From: Octopus vulgaris
Lineage: Eukaryota
Direction: 5' to 3'
Length of the DNA stretch: 64,000 nt
Assembly (NCBI GenBank): GCA_951406725.2
Contig: OX597823.1
Coordinates: forward strand, 89,714,001-89,778,000
The first letter of the stretch is position 1, and every line of letters starts with the position of its first letter. Position numbers and translations under genes: made by a program. Below are positions 14,085 through 26,759 of the stretch, one piece after another. The notes below the pieces were generated by a model. That model searched no databases. It saw nothing but the letters and a program-made list of their open reading frames with translations, and was not told the origin of the DNA.

Positions 14085-14218
14085 AGATGAAGATATGCAG
14101 AAAAGATGTAGATATGCTTGCAGATGAAGATATGCAGAAAAGATGTAGATATGCTTGCAGATGAAGATTTGCAGAAAAGATGTAGATATGCTTGCAGATG
14201 AAGATTTGCAGAAAAGAT
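14085..14218. repeat. 37-bp minisatellite, about 3.6 copies
   Basis: Unit agatgaagat(a/t)tgcagaaaagatgtagatatgcttgc. Confidence 0.92.
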
Positions 14219-14375
14219 ATGTACAGAGATACACGTAGAAAGAGAGGCAGAGAAAGAGTGAGAAAAATATGAACTAGTTTACAATGAGGAAAGGTGAAGA
14301 GACAGAGTAGATAGAGACTTTGTGAAATAGTGGCTGAAATTAGGATTATTTTTTATTTTTGATGTTTTTACCAAC

Positions 14376-14435
14376 CATTTTCTTTCTTTGTCTCTGAAGC
14401 TTCACGTTTTTCAACAGCTTTTTTACTTTTAATAT
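14376..14435 (-). CDS. GOLGA1: GOLGA1 coding exon 4 (IKSKKAVEKREASETKKEN)
   Basis: ttttttcag acceptor, weak gttggt donor, 60 nt symmetric phase 1-1, open and K/E-rich. Confidence 0.6.
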
Positions 14436-17400
14436 CTGAAAAAATGGAGCAAGGTGGTGGTTGTTTTTTTTTTCTTTCTCAAAGCTTGCAAACATTTTTC
14501 TTTTCACATATTCAAAACTGAAGATATGTTATTTAATAGAAGGCTGTCAGTACCATTTTCAGGAATTGCATTAAGCCTGGGATGTAGTAAGTTTGGTTAA
14601 AGGAAGTTTTATTAATTAATATTTTGGCATTTGAAGGAGGGGGTGACCCCTACCACCACCATCACCACCACCAAAAAGAAAGGAAGGAACTTGTGGTACA
14701 GGGAAGGATAAATGTTATAAATACAGGGAAGGATAAATGTTATAAAAAATGTTGTAAATAATTTATTAGTAGTTAGAAGTTGCTTTCTAAATTAATGCTA
14801 ACAATGTTATTTTTCGTTAGATGCCCAAATTTCAAATTATGAGTACTTTTGCTTCTATGGCTTAAATATTTAAATGGTCAAGTTTACAAGCCTATAAATC
14901 ACAAACATTGAAGTGGTCACAAGATGACAGCCGTTGTCTGCAAAGTCATCAAAACCATTGGTCAGATGTTATATTTTATTCCATATTCTATTGAGTTTTA
15001 AAGTAGAACCCAGTGGCTGACTATATACAGCAGGGGCCACTGCTGGTACATTCCTGCCAAATAATCAACATATGCCAATTCCAAGAAACAGTATTTGGAG
15101 AAAAACAAAGCAGCCTAAAAAGACCAAGCATAATCATATTCCAAGAAGATCTATGACAAAGTGGCACCACTCAACAAAGTGACCAAGGATATTAGTGCCA
15201 ATCAAAAGTATTTGGGAAATGTTCCTGCAGATGTGCCTAATCTAACAAGAGCATCTATCACTGATGCTAATATCAAGCATTTCATAGCAAACACAAACAT
15301 GGTGCTTTACCATTTTAAAATTTTATTCTCAACAGAATAGCATTTTATTACTTTGCTATATTGATAATTCTATACTTTTCAAGTAAAGACAACTGTAATT
15401 ATCAGACACCTTATATCTGCATCTATATAGCAGCTTTATGAGAGCCTGGAGCTAATGAGGACACAGTCATTATACATTTAGACACAGATGGTCATTTTAA
15501 TTTAATGCTCTTTCATTTGTGCACACTGAGTTCTTTTCCAGCCCAGCAAGCTTCCTCAATGACGGTGAATGTTTTACTCATTGATTCCTGTATGAAGCAT
15601 GGATGTCATTTAAGCAAGTGACAATTGGATGCTTGGCATTGATAAGCCTCAATAAAGATGAAATGTGCCTGCCATACTTATTGGTCATTGCTCTGATATA
15701 TATATATATATCATGTTTCTAACCTAAGTCTATGAAGAAATTTTTATCTCAGACAATTCCATATCATGCCTTCTAATGGTGTGTATACATTTAGTATGAT
15801 ATACACATATATACACATACAGACTTAAAGAAGTTACAACAATGTTGCCTGAGATGAATTACAAATCCTTTCACCATGCTATATCTTGTTTTTTAGGTTG
15901 CATACATCATGTCCCTCTTCATTCTAAGATCCAACTGAAAGATTGGCATCCTGAAAGGGATCTGGCTTTAAAACAACTACCCACAAACCCATCTGACCCA
16001 TGTTAATATGGAAAGGCAGACCTAAAGCAATGGATGATGATGATGATGATGATAGTGACAACACTGCATACACACACATGCATACATGCACGCACACATA
16101 CATGCGCGCACAGGATACTCATCAAAAGCTGAAAATAATACCAAATTATAAATTAAAACTGTCAAAAGCAATAGTGATTGAGTTGTGGCAAGTTCTAATA
16201 AAATATATAAACAAGGATATGGATATAAAGAAGTAGATCATGGCATTATTGGAGGTGGTAATAAAACTTGAATTTTTTTTTTTTTTTTTTTGCTGGTACC
16301 CTATGCATATGTATAAACACACACAGGCAATTTGAAATAATAATTCTTTCTATTTTAGGCACAAGGCCTGAAATTTTGGGAGATGGGGTTAGTCAATTAC
16401 AGTCAACTGGTACTTATTTTATCAATCCCAAGAGGATGAAAGGCAAAGTTGACCTCAGTGGAATTTGAACTCAGAACGTAAAGACAAATGAAAAACCACT
16501 AAACATTTTGTCCAGCTACCAAGCAGGACAAAATGTCTCTACCAGCTCGCCACCTTAAGCAATTTGAAATAAGAATAAAAAACAAATAGTAATATTATCT
16601 GGTTGGAGATGAATCATGAAGTCATATGAAAAATGTAATTAGACCGTAAGTTAACAACAGCAGGAGATATGGGAGTTTACCTGGCCAAGGGTGTTAAAGT
16701 CAACAAAAGAGGATATTATATAAAGATGGATACAGCAAGACTGGAGCAAAAAAGGTGTGGATGTGTGGTAAGAAGGTCGCTTCCCAACCACATGGCTTTG
16801 AGTTCAGCCTCACTGCATGGCACCTTAAGTCAACCAAAACTTTGTGAGTGAATTTGGTGGACGGAAATTGAAAGAAGCCTGTCATATGTGTATATATACA
16901 TGTGTCAGTGTTTGTCTCCCTCATCATCACCTGACAACCAGTGTTGGTTTGTTTAAGTCCCTGTAACTTTGCAGTTTAGCAAGAGGGACCAATAAAGTAC
17001 TAGACTTAGAAAAAATTAGTCTTGGGTTCGATTAGTTCGACTAAAACCCTTGAAGACATTGCTCCAGCATGGCCATAGTCAAATGACTGAAACAATTAAA
17101 AGAATTAAAAAAAAGGATGAAATGCTGCTAAACATTTTGCCTGGCATGCTAATGATTCTGCCAGTTTGCCGCCTTATAATACTGTGTTATTAATTGTTCA
17201 CTATTAAAGCCATTTAGTCGGGCAATAGTTTTTTTATACTTTTTTTAAGGGCTCAGTTAATTATATCAACCCTACCGCTTTAACTTATTTATTTCATCAC
17301 TGGTTAAAAGCAAAGTCAACCAGAGAAGGATTTGATTTCAGTGTTAAGGGGGACAACCCCTTCTATCATTTATTGACAAAATTGATGTTTTACACTGACA

Positions 17401-18046
17401 AATGTAAAACTACAAATACTTTGGTCCTTTGTCAATCATATAGGCCTAAACTCGCTGCTGCACTTTCCAGATCCCTGCCAAGTCCTTCACACTCTATGCC
17501 CAATACTTAATTCCCAAACTGTATCCATCAAATCTCATCTACATACACCACGTTTGTTTCAACTATTAAACTACCACATCTGAAGCTGATTACAAACAAC
17601 ATAAACATCAGCCAGTCCCTGTTAATGGTTTTCTGAATTGCAAGTATCCATAAAACCTGTTTGAATTTCTAGTTTGTTGAGAGTCTAAACGACATTGCAT
17701 CTTTTCCTGATGGAAAACTAAAAAGTAATTTAAAATCTAGTTTTTGATCAAGTGCAACAGTGTTCTCTCCGCATTTTCTTTAAAAGTTCTATGGCAAACA
17801 ACTTTATATTTTGCAAAGCAGTTCCTTCGTAGGCAAGGTCATGTGGTTCAAAAGTTTGTTTTTTTACAATCAGGTGGTTTTTAGCTACACCAAAAAGTAG
17901 GATATTTTAGGAATTTATCTTCTATCATAATTTCGAGACAACCTAACTTTTATTAGGGACATTAAACAGACAGAAACTGAACAGAAGCCCATCAGAAGGA
18001 TTGTACTTCATTTGGAGGGGTAAAAGTTAATCTCTGGCTCAATTAA

Positions 18047-18268
18047 CCCTTTTGATACCAACCTGGCTGAAACTGCCTCTACCTCTGTAGTAGAAATGTC
18101 TTGTTTTCGAAAGTTCTGAATTAAAATCTTCCACCAGACTTTAGTCACAATTTATGTTCCTAACACTAACTTAATGATAACTAAGTTATTTTACTAAATT
18201 CTTTGTTATATTTAAAATCAATTGAAAGAAACACAGAGCATCTCAGAATAAATACAGTAACGAAAGGG
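18047..18268 (+). mobile_element. piggyBac-type MITE with TTAA target duplication; related copies near 1770-1980, 40319-40720, 41152-41330 and 63720-63942
   Basis: TTAA|CCCTTTTGATAC ... GTAACGAAAGGG|TTAA. Confidence 0.8.
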
Positions 18269-20560
18269 TTAAAGCAATTAAACCAGTCATATCTGGCCCA
18301 AATATTCAACTTGTTTTATGTTCAAACTGGCCCGATCTGGCCTCTCATTCCTACCTTACTATGTTATTCTAAAAGTAAACAATCACAACATCATAATCTT
18401 GAAAATTCAAGATAATGCACGATTAATTCAAAATAATGCAAATGAATAAATATTGCATTTGACAGAATAATTTGGATGCTGAAGGATTAACTGAAACCTC
18501 TGACTCTTCCTTACAGGTCTTCAACACAGTCCACTTTGTTGTAAGCATCTGGCTGTTTTAAGAATAACCCACAAGTCATGGCTTTTTTATTCCTTTATCC
18601 ACGCAACCTGCTGTGCTTGAGGAGACCTATTGAGTCAAGTACATCAACATCAAAATAAAAATCAAATGGAAGTGTAGTTGTGATACCTGTGCTGGTGACA
18701 TGTAAAAAGCACTATCTGAACGCGATCAATCCCAGGCCCACCTGACTGGCTCCCATGCCAGTGGCACATAAAAAGCACCCACTACACTCATGGAGTGGTT
18801 GGCATTAGGAAGGGCATCCAGCTGTAGAAACACTGCCAGATCAGACTGGAGCCTGGTGCAGCCTCCTGGCTTCCCAGACCCCGGTCGAACCGTCCAACCC
18901 ATGCTGGCATGGAAAACGCATGTTAAACGATGATGATGATGATGATGATGATTTTGGAGGACCTGCCAAAAAACAGTCATAGGTGCAACTCTTACTAACC
19001 TAAGCTATCACAATCAACAAGCATAAAAATTTCTCCAGACACTTCAATTCAATATGAGCATTATTTTTGACAGTGTCCATGCCAATACCCTCAAACATCG
19101 TGTCCCCGAGTTGGTCTCTAGCTTCAACTGACTCAACATCTCTCTCAACAGATGTTCAAACCTATGGAAATAACAGAGGATCCAATTCCCCAAAAAGACA
19201 ATTTCTCTGACCCTGTCCCATTGTGAAATATTTTTTTTTATTCCATGTACACTGAATAGAATATAACGAATATATATATATATATATATTTATACTGTAT
19301 TTTATTTTAGGCAACTAATCATTTATGCAAACACAAATACTGTATGCATGCTGGCTGAAGAACATATGCCTGTACACATGCAGAGCTTAGAGGCAAATAT
19401 TCACCTACCAACACATTATAACAACTTGTTCTCAGATTTGCTGTTTCCTTTGTCTCTTCTACTGCAATGATGGATTATGCCTCTTTCAGCAAGCAAGCAT
19501 GTTGCATATCAATAGCTTCCTTTATCATTCCCAATGGATGTCAACCCACCAACCATTATCTTTTCTCCATAGAATTCTTCCAGAACTCTACCTAGCTCTC
19601 AATTCCTCTATATGCATCAACCTAAAGGATCAAGCTGAACATCAAGATGTTAACTTCACCAGTCTGAGAGGGGCCAGTAAAAGTCATCAGCATCACTCTT
19701 TCACCTCCAAGGAAAAGAAGAGGTTACTAGATTACATTCACCACAGTACTGGATCGAGACCTTAATTTATCGACCCAAGAAAATGAAAAACAAAGACAGC
19801 CTGATTTAAATTAATGATATGCTATAAGACATTCTTTTGTTTTATTCAGCCATTCCAGCACATTCTTCTAACTAAATAAAAAAAAAATTGAAGTAAACCA
19901 CAATTTAATTTCACAGGGTAGATTTCAACAAAATCCTAATACCCAAAACTGCTAGACTACTAGAAATAACAGCCAAATTGCCCTCAAATTTTACCCTACC
20001 ATCTTTACAAAAAAAAAAGTGTAACTCTAAAAATACCAACATCAACAGATTCCATTTTGTTTGGTTAATAATCAATCATCATTTTATATTCCACAAGATA
20101 GATGTCACCTATTCTCCTTTGTTCACTCTATCACAAAACATTTTTATTTCAAAAGATGTGAAATTGTTATATTGTTAGTATCAAAGCACTAAGCAGATAT
20201 TAAAAGCAAATACATTCAGGATAATATATATATACATACATATACACAGTGTTTCAAAAGTTATGTATATACACTTCCTAAATATTTTAAATTGTGAAGG
20301 TAAACACACACATACATACATGTGTGTGTTAAACACCCTGTATATCAGAAATCAAATTTAACATCAATAATCAAAATAAAGAAGATAAAATTTTAAAAAG
20401 TAACTAATATACATTAAAAACAAATTAGTTTTTTAATTTAAAATCATTTCAAATAGAAAATGTTAACAAAACTGCATAATCATTATTTCTTGCCTATCTA
20501 TGACCTACATCCACAGCAGTCCAACAGGAGTAACTTAAAACATTTTAAATTAACAAGTAT

Positions 20561-20830
20561 ACTGGCTTCCGTGCCGGTGGCACATAAAATACACCAATCT
20601 GACCGTGGCCGTTGCCAGCCCCGCCTGGCACCTGTGCAGGTGGCACGTAAAAAGCACCCACTACACTCACGGAGTGGTTGGCGTTAGGAAGGGCATCCAG
20701 CTGTAGAAACATTGCCAAATTTAGACTGGAGCCTGGTGCAGCCTTCTGGCTTCCCAGAACCCCGGTCGAACCGTCCAACCCATGCTAGCATGGAGAACGG
20801 ACGTTAAACGACGATGATGATGATGATGAT
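20561..20830 (+). mobile_element. RTE 3'-end copy; other tails near 2100-2398, 18600-18952, 22290-22613, 38743-38977 and 57480-57732 (+), and 42485-42735 and 52485-52755 (-)
   Basis: ggagtggttggcgttaggaagggcatccagctgtagaaac...ccatgctagcatgg...ttaaac(gat)n. Confidence 0.9.
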
Positions 20831-21398
20831 GTACTTCTTCAAACTGTCTGTAGGTAATAATCATCCACACAAAATCCATGTGAATTATAACAGAGAGTAA
20901 CGAATATTAAGTTTTAATCTAGTATGATGCATGCAATGTTAATGACTACACAAACACTGTATTCGCCACTGCTTCATGCAACATTAACTCTAGTTTAACC
21001 AAGCTTTATGCACATCAGCAAACATGTTATATACTGTTTTAATAAGAATAATTTCATTCTTATAAGGCTGTGAATGACAGATTTGTCATTTACAGCTGAT
21101 GAAACAAAAATACATGTTTCTATGATCTAGTGACATCATTCACGACCGAGTCTCCTGTTTTCACACATGTTTAAGAAGGGAATTTTCTCCCAAGATTATT
21201 CCCACAGCAACAGGTCTTCACACATTCAAATTCATTGTAACATGTTAAATCTGGTTATATTCAAATGTATTTCATTCACTGGTTCTTTGTGTGACATTTC
21301 TATAAACATATATTTGTTATAATGAACGAAATGCAATGTATATTGTAAACAATAATCAAAACCCAAATAGAAAAGAAATATTGTGGTTATAAACTTAC

Positions 21399-21486
21399 TA
21401 TTTATTTTTAATTCTAGCTTCTTACATTGGTCCGTTTTCTGATGCAGTAAAGACACTACTTCTTCTCTCGAACAATTCTCTCTTGA
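21399..21486 (-). CDS. GOLGA1: GOLGA1 coding exon 3 (SRENCSREEVVSLLHQKTDQCKKLELKIN)
   Basis: tttctag acceptor, gtaagt donor, 88 nt; resembles golgin-97 [20 protein letters not shown]. Confidence 0.85.
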
Positions 21487-21864
21487 CTAGAAAAGAAAAA
21501 AAATCAATCAAAAGAAAATGAAAAACATCAGAAAATATCTAAAACCTTAACAATGCACAACTGATCCTAAAGATTTAAAGAAATATTATTATAATTAAAT
21601 GTTAAGAGCAGTGTTAACTGGCAGAAACGGTAAAAACGCCAGACTTTATGGCATAGAGTTATGTCCCTTTAGTATAAAGCTTAACTTTCACAAGTTTGTA
21701 GTTCAACACGCGTGCATGCAGGTACAAAACAAGGTGGAGAAAATAGCAGTCAAATATCAAGGGTAGAGTCACATAATATTTTATTGAAGCTGAAAATACA
21801 TCACAAATTGTTACTTTGAGTTTCATCAGACAGGCATGAGTATGTAAAGCAATATTATGGTTTA

Positions 21865-22240
21865 AGGCGGCGAGCTGGCAGAAACGTTAGCACGCAGGGC
21901 GAAATGCTTAGCGTTATTTTGTCTGTCGTTACGTTCTGAGTTCAAATTCCTCCGAGGTTGGCTCTGCCTTTCAGCCCTTCAGGGTCGATAAATTAAGTAC
22001 TGGGGTCGATCTAATCGACTGAATCCCTTCCCCAAAAATTTCAGGCCTTGTGCCTAGAGTACAAAAGAATTTTAAGGCAGCGAGCTGGCAAAAGCGTCAG
22101 CATGCCGGACGAAATGCTTTGTGATATTTCGTCTGTCTATATGTTCTGAGTTCAAATTCCGCCGAGGTCGACTTTGCCTTTCATCCCTTCAGGGTCGATC
22201 TAATTGACTGACCTCCCCTCCCCCAAAATTCCGGGTCAGA
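21865..22240 (+). mobile_element. Two tandem copies of a second tRNA-derived SINE with a MetaSINE-like central domain; also 34368-34590 and many relics
   Basis: ggcgagctggcagaaacgttagcacg...gagttcaaattccgccgaggtcgactttgcctttcatcc...ggtcgat. Confidence 0.8.
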
Positions 22241-22869
22241 ATAACAGTTTGTGAAGTCTTTATAGCTTAGCTTCAATAAAATACTTTGAACATTAGGCCT
22301 CACGGAGGCAAAGTGGCTGAGTTCCTTTCGAGTGTTGGGCCTCACGGAGGCAATGACCTAGACCTTTGGCATTATGTCGTGCTTGAGAAGACCCATCAAG
22401 CTGAGCAAAATCACAGTCGTGGTAGATACTGGTATCATGCCAATAGCATGTAAACACACCCATTACACTCTCAGAGTGGTTGGCATTAGGAAGGGCAAAC
22501 AGCTATAGAAAACCATGCCAAATCAGACTGGAACCTGGTGCAGCCTTCCAGTGTGCCAGCCCAGTCAAACTGTCCAACCTATGCCACAATGGACGTTAAA
22601 TGATGATGATGATATATAATTAGCAATAATAAGGTTAGTCAGAAGGAAAAGAACTGTTCCTTAGTTTACTTATATACACTATAGCAGAAGACACTTGCCC
22701 AAGATGCCAAACAGTGGGACTGAACCCAAAACTATGTGGTTAGTAAGCAAACAAACTTGACCACACAGCCAAACTTGCACCTACTTTCAGAAATAATTCA
22801 GAAACTGGTTAGTTAGAAACAACAGTCCGTAAAGAAGCAGAGAAAATATAACAAGGCCAATACCCTTAC

Positions 22870-22979
22870 TGTGATGTCTTCACTGGATTGACTGTTTGGT
22901 GATGCAGCACTGCTTAAACCTGAATCAGTATCTGGCCACTCTTTCCCATGTTGGCTGCTCTGAGATGTAAATGGGGATC
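22870..22979 (-). CDS. GOLGA1: GOLGA1 coding exon 2 (GSPFTSQSS...SEDIT)
   Basis: tttttag acceptor, gtaagg donor, 110 nt, phase 1 to 0, in frame with neighbours; Ser-rich like the golgin-97 N-terminal linker. Confidence 0.8.
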
Positions 22980-25380
22980 CTAAAAAGAATACAGATACAG
23001 TCGTGATTGAATTAGCAGCAGAGGCTACAAGGAAAAGCATCGCGCACACACACACACACACACACCACAGCAATAACATAGAATGAATTTAATGCAGGCA
23101 AAAAAATAAAATACAAGCATGTGCTCGTGTATGCACATACAGGCATTAGAATTCTTGAAGATTGATGAGTTTTGTGTCAGCGAGGGTGAATTCAGTGAGA
23201 GAAAGAAAGAAATCAGATAATATGGTATACCATATTTATTTCTTTTTTTACACATATCACAGAAACCAAGGACAGAACTGACACAACTGTGGAAAATTAA
23301 ATTTAAACTCGTATACACACAAATTAGAATTAAAGAAACATATATAGGTCAAGAAGAGGCAGGCGTGGCTGTGGGATTAAGTAGCTTGTTTCTTGACTAT
23401 ATGGTTTTGAGTTTGATTCCATTGTGTAACACTATGGAGCAAGCATCTTCTACAACCATAGGCTTACAAAGCTTTATGAGTGGATTTGGTAGGCAGACAG
23501 TGAAAGAAGCAACATATATATATGTGTATATATATATATGTGTATATATATATATATATGTCTGTGTATGTCTATATGTGTGTGAGAATATGTATTTATG
23601 TATATGTGACCTGGTCTTTTAATCTGCCAACATCATGCCCTTCATTTCCAACCTTCTTTCAAGGGACTATTTCAGTCTATGGGGAAATATTTTCCTTGTT
23701 TGGCAATAGGAAGGACATTCGACCACAGAATCAATGAATTTTGTCCAACCCATGTAAGCATGGAAAAGTGGGTGTTAAAACAATGATGGTGAAAACCACA
23801 TAGATCATTACAGCTAGTGGTTATCTCCAATTTCTGAGATGCTAAGTGGCTGACAGACAAGTTTCCCACTGGACAGAGTGTCAGTTAACTGCAATACAAG
23901 ACAACAGAACAATAGTCAATTTTACAGTGCATCCACTGTCTACATAAGGGAATTATTATTCCATTCTGAAACAGCTGTTAAAGTATAAATCTCAGCAGCT
24001 AAGTCCGGACACAATATAATGTCAGTAACAGGATATGAACCACTGATCCCCTAGACTGGTATTTTGGTATCTTATTGATTCAACCAGCCATAGTTCCATC
24101 ACAGAAAATGCAGACTTAAATGGAATCTAAATTATTGTTTGACTTGCTATAATTAATGTCTGCCTTTCATGCAGGAAGGAGTAGGATGTTTCAACAAGAT
24201 CTGACGAGTTCAGGAACTGTGTTAAGCTCCACTCTCTGCTTTGACAGTTTTTTCTACAGCCTGATGCTGTTCCTAATACTAGCCACTTTACAGAGTGTTG
24301 AGTGCTTTTCTTTTCATTCTTTTTCTTTTGTGTGTGTGTGTGTGGCACCAGTCACATCAAGAAAAATATATGGGATGGTCATGGAATGTAAGTATAGGTC
24401 TGCTTGATCAAGACTAACCTGGATCTAATTAACAACTGCTCAAATGACACATGATAACGTAAATGTAAAAATGAAAGAAAAAAAGGCAAACAAAGCAAAA
24501 TATAACAAGAAGGTATTTGTGTAGGTGTGTACAAAAGGTTTATAAGATTTTTAAGATACATATAGACATGTGCTTACAATTACACAGATATGCTGTCTCA
24601 TTTGGCTTCCTCTGATATTTCCAAATGAAACGGGACTGTCATATTTCATTGCAACTACCAGGACTGTTGGTGATATGTGAATAGAAGTGGACAGGTAGAC
24701 AAGGGATATATATACTGACTGATGACCGACACACTGCTCTTTACACAACTCTTTGTGATGTAGTATGGTACAGTTGAGTAGCAGAATGTGGTTCTAGTTC
24801 AAAGCACAATCCAGTGTTGGAGATGTAGATTGCTCCTGAAGCTGCATGGTCAGCAAACATCTATATTATAGCCAACATTTGAGTTTGCACATGACTGCAC
24901 AAACTGCTAGAAACAACAGTCAAATCTCCACAAACTCCCATGCTATTTTAACACAATGGAAAGAGAAGGAGATTGAATGGCCACAACTGGAATGCCTTTT
25001 GGTCAACTCAATCTGGGGGCACTTAGAAGCTAAGCAAGAGCAATTACAGTTAAGGAACATTAAAAAGCTAATTAGATTATTATGCAATAGAGGTAAAAAC
25101 AATATAGGGCAATGGCTAATATTTATTTTAATTTTTTTTCCTCATGAAAGAAAAACACCTTTACATATGTTTCCATGTTATTTTGACCTCATTAGTGAAA
25201 TACTTTGCAGTATACTATAGTTCTACACTTGCTGATTGAGTCATGAGGAGGAGATGTGGCATAAAATATATTAGCATATGTCAATAAGTTCACTGTTCAC
25301 AATATCCAAGTGACATTCAACAAACTAGCATTACATTCAAAGAGACAAATAATCAAAGAAAATAATATATTTATAAAAAC

Positions 25381-25501
25381 CTTGAAATCTGTTGACAGGA
25401 CTTGCCAACCCTGGTCCCCCACCAGTTGTAATAAAAGTCTTGTCCACATCATTCACATTGCCTCCTTCTTCTTGGATTCTCTTTTTTAATCGAGCAAACA
25501 T
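25381..25501 (-). CDS. GOLGA1: Golgin-97 (golgin subfamily A member 1), first coding exon (MFARLKKRIQEEGG...NRFQ); exon begins at 25505
   Basis: N-terminus MFARLKKRIQEE resembles golgin-97 MFAKLKKKIAEE. Acceptor tttcag lies 4 nt before the ATG; donor GT at 25380-25379; 121 nt, phase 1. Confidence 0.85.
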
Positions 25502-25869
25502 CTTTCTGAAAAGAGAGCAAAAAATGGCTATATTACAGTTACTATATACCAACTGGTACAGAATTATCATCATCATAACCCCACCACTTTTCTATGCTTG
25601 CAAGAGTTTCAGGCTGATTTCATACAACCAGATGCCCTTCCAGACACAAAACTTCACCTGTTTACCAACTAAGGTGATATTTCTTCATGATTGGACATCT
25701 TTTCCTGCCATTGTGTGATGAAATTTGCTTTACACCGATGTGTCTTTGAGGTTCAATTCTATAGTGCAGCACCTTGGGCAAGTTCTTACTACACTTTCAG
25801 GTTAAACAATGCTTTGTGAGTGGAAATTTAATAACAGATGGCAACTGTAATATATCATTTTTACACCCA

Positions 25870-26350
25870 CTTTTCTATGTTTGCAGATGCTGGACAGATC
25901 CTTTCCAACACAGCATCTCACCATTCGTATTCTTTTGTCATATCCTTTTTTCAGTTCAACATCTTGAAATCAGCTTTCACCACTCCTGAGGTCTTCCTTG
26001 ATCTCCCTCCCACTTGGGTATCCTAGCATTTCTTTACCCCTTCTGTTATCATTCATACAAATACACGTCTATATCAACACTGTCTTCACCCTTACACAGT
26101 ACAAACAATTCCTTTTGTACTCAGTTTAACTCTCAGTTCATTTGTCCATATACACATCATCCATACACACATTACACATCTAACAGAACATGTTTGCCAC
26201 AACTCTTTCCAAGGATGGCACATCCTCAGCATTCAGTGTCCACTACCACACATTTCACTACCATGCAGCCTTTCACTTCATACACAAGCGACGTATAATC
26301 TACTCCTCATTCAAAGTGAGAATTCCCTCGTTACCAGTAGAATAACTTCC
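25870..26350 (-). mobile_element. Degenerate RTE LINE 3' ORF relic
   Basis: Minus strand resembles the ELLPLLVTKGLSLRVKGRLYDACV to GRPRKTW region of the 55 kb copy. Confidence 0.55.
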
Positions 26351-26759
26351 TGATCCTTTTTCATCCTGGAGTGAGGGGGTCTTGTCTTGTGAGTTACTTG
26401 GCAACTTCATTAATGCTAGTGCCATGAAAAAAGCACCCACAACTTGGTAAAAAAAATGGTTGGTGTTAGGAAAGACAACCAGCTATAGAAACCACACCAA
26501 AGCAGATGTTGGAGCTCAACACAGTCTTCTGGGATGTCAAATCTTGTTTAGTCATCTAAACCCTCACAAGCATGGAATGCAATAGTTAAACAATAACGGT
26601 TCTTATTTTGGCTAACTTGTGAGTGGGTGGCGAGAAAGAAATTTTGAGAAATTTTTAAAAACTGCTGGACTAACAGGGATAATTGTCAACCCACTCAAAA
26701 CATCGAACAAAACAGATCATATGTTAGTCAAGTGTATTGTCAACCAGGAAGTTGTCCCA

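Noticed and set aside
14085-14218. CRISPR-like 37-bp repeats
   Set aside because: Head-to-tail with no spacers, eukaryotic context and no cas genes.
14520-15790. Possible pogo/Tigger transposase relic
   Set aside because: Only vague peptide resemblance, with no TIRs or diagnostic motif I can verify.
17657-17706. Possible extra GOLGA1 exon (EKMQCRLDSQQTRNSN)
   Set aside because: Phase 0 to 2 does not fit the flanking phase-1 junctions, even when combined with the candidate at 19409-19461.
19409-19461. Possible extra GOLGA1 exon (EETKETANLRTSCYNVL)
   Set aside because: Phase 1 to 0 breaks the frame with the next exon, and there is no recognisable homology.
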